Source of the DNA: Octopus bimaculoides
Lineage: Eukaryota
Direction of reading: 5' to 3'
DNA length: 64,000 nucleotides
Assembly: GCF_001194135.2 (NCBI RefSeq)
Contig: NC_069003.1
Location: 21,420,460 to 21,484,459 of the forward strand
The notes below the pieces were generated by a model. The model saw only the letters and a program-made list of their open reading frames with translations. It ran no database searches and was not told the origin of the DNA. How positions within the stretch are numbered: position 1 is the stretch's first letter; each line of letters opens with the position of its first letter. Positions 63,805 through 64,000 of the stretch are shown in pieces. The position numbers and the translations under genes were made by a program.

Positions 63805-64000
63805 TCTATAAATACATATATATACATATATATATATATCTATAAATACATATATACATATATATATCTATAAATACATATATACATATATATATATCTA
63901 TAAATACATATATACATATATATATATCTATAAATACATATATACATATATATATATCTATAAATACATATATACATATATATATATCTATAAATACATA
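63805..64000. repeat. 28-30 bp minisatellite (TAAATACATATATACATATATATATATCTA)n running off the window
   Basis: Exact 30-bp periodicity from ~63860 to 64000. Confidence 0.9.

Overview
AT-rich, microsatellite-dense eukaryotic genomic DNA with 11 N-gaps (1648-2214, 15748-16154, 21830-21951, 22724-22776, 23357-23397, 23619-24112, 32729-32754, 36372-36722, 49558-49567, 52839-53024, 54553-55281). The repeat landscape suggests a coleoid cephalopod, probably Octopus (inference). The only host gene I can support is the 5' part of a minus-strand FERM-domain gene most similar to FARP/Cdep. Three spliced exons (42652-42973 with the start codon, 11781-11885, 2965-3083) join in frame to give MAADTISPKSPRKGKLINLRVKMLDDTQHIFQVQ|SKAMGSVLWESVIKYLELMEADYFDLEYYDETNLQ|CWLDREKPILKQIPNTDVEFRFAVKFYTPDPGLLEEEYTR. 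The gene continues beyond position 1, and its first non-coding exon was not located. The rest is intronic or intergenic: a decayed mariner, mariner/hAT/TTAA-type MITEs, RTE and R4/Dong-like LINE fragments, three tRNA-headed SINE families (my labels A, B, E), often nested, and simple repeats. Nearly all ORFs in the supplied track are low-complexity or N-spanning artefacts. The most striking structure is at 44686-45169. It is a ~220-bp-arm palindrome inserted as one unit (12-bp TSD), and each arm consists of a tRNA-Ile-like head, an (AAT)n linker and a minimal Penelope-type hammerhead ribozyme. Repeat boundaries given without TSD/TIR evidence are approximate.
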